Shown here piece after piece: positions 60,212 through 64,000 of a stretch of DNA of 64,000 nt. Position 1 is the stretch's first letter; each line of letters starts with the position of its first letter. This DNA comes from Eubacteriales bacterium (GTDB lineage: Bacteria > Bacillota > Clostridia > Oscillospirales > CAG-272): positions 12,334 through 76,333 of the forward strand of contig JAZRDO010000022.1 of the NCBI GenBank assembly GCA_045660325.1, in the 5' to 3' direction. A program made the translations under genes and the position numbers. Under the pieces are notes generated by a model that was not told the origin of the DNA, did not search any database, and was given only the letters and a program-made list of their open reading frames with translations.

Positions 60212-60595
60212 ATGGAAGATATGATTATTGACGCGGTGTCCGACGTAACGGACACAGAAGTAAATAATATTCCTACTCGCGAGGAGTATGAGAATGTTGT
60301 ATATAAGCTTTACAAAGGCTTTTACGACGAGGATATTGAAAAGATCAGAAAAGAAGCTGAGGCCTTGGCTCTTGATATGGCAGACAAGCAGGTAAGTGAG
60401 AAAGAAGAGAAAATACGTCAGGCGGCAGAAAGGGCATTACTTGAAAAGATAAAGTCCAAAAGGCAGAGAATATCCGAGATAGGTATAATGAAAAATGCAG
60501 GCAATATAAGACGCAGTGTTTCGGATATGACGAAAGAAGAAAGAGCCCTTGTTGCAAAACGAGCGGCAAGAGGCGAGATAATAAATTTAAAATAA
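60212..60595 (+). CDS. Scaffolding protein (putative)
   Basis: 127 aa, highly charged helical/coiled-coil sequence immediately upstream of the capsid gene. Confidence 0.55.
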   Translation: MEDMIIDAVSDVTDTEVNNIPTREEYENVVYKLYKGFYDEDIEKIRKEAEALALDMADKQVSEKEEKIRQAAERALLEKIKSKRQRISEIGIMKNAGNIRRSVSDMTKEERALVAKRAARGEIINLK

Positions 60596-60610
60596 ACAAA
60601 GGAGAATTTT

Positions 60611-61900
60611 ATGAGAATTACAGAAACAAAGGTAAATTTGTCGCTTTTCGGTGCGGCAGAGAATATCCACACAACAGATGGTATGACTAACGCAAATACA
60701 GGTGATAATATGCCCTACGGCATTGGCGGCCTCAGCGAGCAGATGAAGACGTATTACAGTCATTTCCTTATCGACAATGCAGAGCCTGCGCTTGTTTACG
60801 ACAGATTTGCGCAGAAGGTAAACATTCCCAAGGGAAGCGGCAAGAGCATTCAGTTTAGAAAGTACAACCCTCTTCCCACTCTTACTGAGGAGATCAAGGA
60901 AGGTGTAACTCCCACAGGCCAGAAGATAGATATGAGCACAGTAAACGCAACTGTATCCCAGTATGGCGGATATATTGAGCTTTCCGACCTTCTTCTTATG
61001 ACAGCGGTTGATAACAATCTTGTTATGGCTACAAAGCTTCTCGGAGCTCAGGCGGGCAGAACACTTGACGCAATTACAAGAGAGGTTGTTTGTGGCGGTA
61101 CAAACGTACAGTACGGTGAGGGTCAGGTAAGCGCGAGACATCTTGTTGCAGCTAACCAGGAAAATCCCGAGGATAACTGCTATCTTACAGTAAACGCAAT
61201 AAGACGTGCGGTAAGATTTTTGAAGAATCAGAATGCCGAAAAGATTAACGGCTCTTACATAGCTATCATTCACCCTGATTGCGCGTATGATCTTATGAGC
61301 GATCCCAACTGGAAGTTCCCCAATCAGTACGCATCTCCCGAAAACATTTTTGAGGGCGAAATCGGCAAGATTGAGGGCGTAAGATTTATCGAAAGCACTG
61401 AAGCGAAGGTGTTTACAGCCACACCTCTTTCAAAGAGTGATTTGTCCGTTACTGTTGATGCCAATGGCACAAATGCTATTCAGTTTACAGTAACAGGTGA
61501 TATTTCAAGCGGTGATCTTGTGGGTAAGTGGATCTATATCGGTGACAACAGATGCTACGTTGGAGCAAACACATCTCAGCTTATGCAGGTTTATACAGAC
61601 GAAACTATGTCAACAGAAGCAAAGATCACAGCAAGCAAGGGAACACCCATATATGCGGCAGACGGTGGCAAAAACGGATGTAAGGTTTACGCGACACTTG
61701 TTTTCGGTGACAATGCATACGGAACCACATCTGTTGAGGACGGCGGCCTCGAGCATATCGTTAAGCAGCTTGGTTCTTCCGGAGCTAATGACCCTCTTAA
61801 TCAGAGAGCAACTGTTGGTTGGAAGGCAAACAAGGTAAGTATGCGTCTTTGCGAAGCATTTATGATAAGAATCGAAACAGCCGCATCCGCAAACGACTGA
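60611..61900 (+). CDS. Major capsid protein (HK97-fold type)
   Basis: 429 aa, positioned after the scaffold gene. Segments such as YGGYIELSDLLL and GRTLDAITR resemble phage major capsid families. N-terminal propeptide-like KVNLSLFGA. Confidence 0.75.
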   Translation: MRITETKVNLSLFGAAENIHTTDGMTNANTGDNMPYGIGGLSEQMKTYYSHFLIDNAEPALVYDRFAQKVNIPKGSGKSIQFRKYNPLPTLTEEIKEGVTPTGQKIDMSTVNATVSQYGGYIELSDLLLMTAVDNNLVMATKLLGAQAGRTLDAITREVVCGGTNVQYGEGQVSARHLVAANQENPEDNCYLTVNAIRRAVRFLKNQNAEKINGSYIAIIHPDCAYDLMSDPNWKFPNQYASPENIFEGEIGKIEGVRFIESTEAKVFTATPLSKSDLSVTVDANGTNAIQFTVTGDISSGDLVGKWIYIGDNRCYVGANTSQLMQVYTDETMSTEAKITASKGTPIYAADGGKNGCKVYATLVFGDNAYGTTSVEDGGLEHIVKQLGSSGANDPLNQRATVGWKANKVSMRLCEAFMIRIETAASAND

Positions 61901-61951
61901 TACTTACAGGGATAAATTAAAATAAACATTTAAATAAGAAAGGGAAAATTT

Positions 61952-62341
61952 ATGGAAAACAACAAGGAATACAATGACGCGCTTTTGGCGCTCAAGGAAG
62001 AATACGAGCAGAAATTAAGCAAGATGGAGGCGGAATGCGCTCTCCTTCGCAAAAAGGAAAAGGATGCGGATGACGAAAGAAAGGCCAAGAGAGCAAAGGA
62101 AGAAGAATATCTTAACGAATACGTAAGCATCAAGCTTTTCCGTGACAATGACAAGTACAAGGATGACGTTTACGTTGCGGTGAACGGCAAAAATTGCATA
62201 ATCAAGCGCGGGGAGTGGGTAAAGGTGCGCAGAAAGTTCGCGCTCGTGCTTGACCAGTCCGAAATTCAGGATCTCAAGACAGCGGCATTTCTTGAAGCAG
62301 AGCAGAAAAAGTTTGAATCTGAAAGCACTTTTGTTGCGTAA
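61952..62341 (+). CDS. Hypothetical phage protein (coiled-coil N-terminus, basic C-terminus)
   Basis: Good RBS. No recognisable motif. Confidence 0.45.
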   Translation: MENNKEYNDALLALKEEYEQKLSKMEAECALLRKKEKDADDERKAKRAKEEEYLNEYVSIKLFRDNDKYKDDVYVAVNGKNCIIKRGEWVKVRRKFALVLDQSEIQDLKTAAFLEAEQKKFESESTFVA

Positions 62342-62382
62342 GCTTACATAAATTTTTCCTTTCGTTAGTAGGAGGAGTTTGT

Positions 62383-62658
62383 ATGGAAGGCTTTAACAAG
62401 GAGCTTTGCGAGGAAAGACATCACAGAACAAATGAAGCTCTTGAAAGACACGAGATTAAAATAGAAAATCTCGAAAAATGCACAAGAAAGCTTGAGCCGA
62501 TGGTTGAAAATCAGGAGATCATCTGCTCGGAAAGCAGAAAGCGGCTCAAAAGAATTGAAAGACGTCCCGCCGAGATATTTATAAAAACCGTAACTTACGC
62601 GGCAAGTATTCTTGCAGGCGCGCTCGCATCGCTTTTGATCCAGTATTTTGAATTTTAA
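62383..62658 (+). CDS. XhlA-like small membrane protein (coiled coil plus C-terminal TM)
   Basis: 91 aa. N-terminal heptad-like segment (HEIKIENLEKCTRKLE) and a single C-terminal TM helix. AGGAGG RBS. Confidence 0.45.
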   Translation: MEGFNKELCEERHHRTNEALERHEIKIENLEKCTRKLEPMVENQEIICSESRKRLKRIERRPAEIFIKTVTYAASILAGALASLLIQYFEF

Positions 62659-62663
62659 TAGAT

Positions 62664-62697
62664 TCCCCGTCCCGATTTGTCGGGGCGGGGATTTTTG
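62664..62697 (+). terminator. Strong rho-independent terminator ending the phage cassette
   Basis: 11-bp GC-rich stem TCCCCGTCCCG/CGGGGCGGGGA followed by TTTTT. Confidence 0.85.
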
Positions 62698-62721
62698 GTA
62701 TCTTTAATTCTTTTTCGTAAA

Positions 62722-62743
62722 ATTTTGAAAAATTTTTCAAAAT
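62722..62743. promoter_or_regulatory. Perfect 22-bp palindrome (candidate protein-binding site)
   Basis: ATTTTGAAAAATTTTTCAAAAT is its own reverse complement. Confidence 0.4.
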
Positions 62744-62864
62744 CATTCCAATTTTGTTTAAAAATTCAGACTTATATAGTGAGGGAATATTTATCCGCAT
62801 AAATTCGACTTGATTTTGTATTACTTGCACAATTATGTGTTGTAACATTCATATATATTGTACA

Positions 62865-62893
62865 TTGACATCAAAGCGGCATTTTGATATAAT
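62865..62893 (+). promoter_or_regulatory. Consensus sigma-A promoter for the downstream secreted protein gene
   Basis: TTGACA, 17 nt spacer, TATAAT. Confidence 0.7.
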
Positions 62894-63023
62894 GAGAGTA
62901 GGAAAATGTTTCCATTTTAAGATTTACACACTTTTAAGCATTTATGAAAGGAGCTGATACCAATGGCTTATTATGATTTTGAAGCAAACGAGTCACAAAA
63001 TTTAATAATAAGGAGGACAATCA

Positions 63024-64000
63024 ATGAAAAAAAGAAAAACAAAATTCTTTTCTTTAATTCTGTCACTGATACTTGTTTTGGTATCAGTTCCGATGTCTGT
63101 TGTTTCCGATGAAATAACAGACGTACAAGGTGATTTAAGCATCACTCAACCTAGTGACGAGCTTGTGGAGCAAACCTCATTTGATGAGATAACGGATATT
63201 CAAAGTAATTTGGATGTAACAGTTTCAAATGATGAGCTTGTTGTAGAAGAATTGCCAAATGAAACGGCTACAACAACCACTTCGGATTCGCAGCTTGTAA
63301 CGGGAATACCTGACGGTATATACGCTATTGAGATTGCGGGTCTTAGTTCGTATTATATTTCTTATTCAACTACATCAACGTATGCATCTTGTAATTCTAC
63401 AACCATATCTCCAACGTTAATGGGAATGCCCGCGTATTTATTTAAAGTTACTCAAGTTCCCGATACAGATAGATATATAATCAGATCGATGGTGGATCAA
63501 ACCCAAACATTGAAGGCATATGCAGGATATGTTGTATGGGCAACCATACCCGAAGACGACAGTCAAGTTCCGGAAGACAACACATTCAATATCATAGACA
63601 ACAATGGAGCATATTTGATTAAAGATGTTGGTACCAGGAACTATATATGCAGTAGCAATGGCAATGTGTTGGTTGGTACTAACTCGTATGAAACGCAATA
63701 TCTGAATAGTTGGAGATTCCGAGGATACCGTTCGTATATTGAGGACGGTGTGTATTCGTTTGAAAACGTAGGCAACAGTAATATGTGGTCAAGTACTCAA
63801 AACGATAGCTATGAGGCAGGCGCAAATATCCAGCAAAAGTCATATGATGGTTGTCCGATTGATAGCTTTTCAAGAGGCGGAATGTTTAAGATAAACAGAA
63901 TTGGTAATACTGACCAATATACAATACGCCTTATGACCAATAATCTTCTCGCTTGGAGCTTAGAAAATTCGAATATTGTAGTAAGAGATCTGCCCCAAAA
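63024..64000 (+). CDS. Secreted protein with beta-trefoil (ricin-B-lectin)-like repeats, 3'-truncated by the window; absent from the ORF track
   Basis: AGGAGG RBS 7 nt before the ATG. Hand translation is open to nt 64000. Signal peptide MKKRKTKFFSLILSLILVLVSVPMSVVS. Repeated motifs of the type Y.I...V....L.A follow. Confidence 0.7.
   Translation, partial: MKKRKTKFFSLILSLILVLVSVPMSVVSDEITDVQGDLSITQPSDELVEQTSFDEITDIQSNLDVTVSNDELVVEELPNETATTTTSDSQLVTGIPDGIYAIEIAGLSSYYISYSTTSTYASCNSTTISPTLMGMPAYLFKVTQVPDTDRYIIRSMVDQTQTLKAYAGYVVWATIPEDDSQVPEDNTFNIIDNNGAYLIKDVGTRNYICSSNGNVLVGTNSYETQYLNSWRFRGYRSYIEDGVYSFENVGNSNMWSSTQNDSYEAGANIQQKSYDGCPIDSFSRGGMFKINRIGNTDQYTIRLMTNNLLAWSLENSNIVVRDLPQ

Larger units (their letters stand above)
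54312..62697 (+). mobile_element. Phage-derived cassette (repressor switch plus packaging/capsid module); boundaries uncertain
   Basis: Contiguous phage-type genes, lower GC by eye, begins right after the rpsF promoter and ends at a strong terminator. No integrase or att repeat was identified. Confidence 0.6.

Noticed and set aside
62963-63112. 49-aa ORF (MAYYDFEANESQ...) with an AGGAG RBS that overlaps the start of the secreted-protein gene in another frame.
   Set aside because: It could be a leader peptide, but there is no supporting conservation. The downstream AGGAGG-ATG at 63024 opens a much longer signal-peptide-bearing frame. Not reported as a gene.

Overview
The window looks like a chromosomal segment from a Clostridia-type Firmicute. 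Supporting genes are glgD, cwlD, yaaT/ricT, the L21-Prp-L27 operon and a clostridial 2x[4Fe-4S] ferredoxin. About 54 kb is ordinary core genome: a maltodextrin-type ABC uptake cluster with a GH13 lipoprotein, a GH3 beta-glucosidase, pflB-pflA preceded by a ZTP (pfl-motif) riboswitch, a very large surface endonuclease-I protein, rsmI, ligA and tRNA-Lys. It continues with ttcA-like and tRNA methyltransferase genes, holB-yaaT, a complete glycogen operon (glgB-C-D-A-P plus GH13, a degenerate FolC-like gene and pgi), an ABC-2 exporter, and the rplU-prp-rpmA and rpsF-ssb-rpsR operons. From about 54.3 kb to 62.7 kb there is a phage-derived cassette: a CI/LexA-like repressor switch, TerS, TerL, portal, a Prp-like protease, scaffold, major capsid and an XhlA-like gene. 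No integrase, replication or tail genes are visible in it. It is followed by an independently promoted secreted beta-trefoil-like protein that runs off the window. The most unusual non-coding signal is a pair of tandem 161-nt modules after tRNA-Lys. Each ends in a copy of the tRNA 3' end and carries hairpins that keep pairing through compensatory substitutions. No CRISPR array, rRNA or transposase was seen. All calls rest on reading the supplied translations and sequence by eye; no database search was run.
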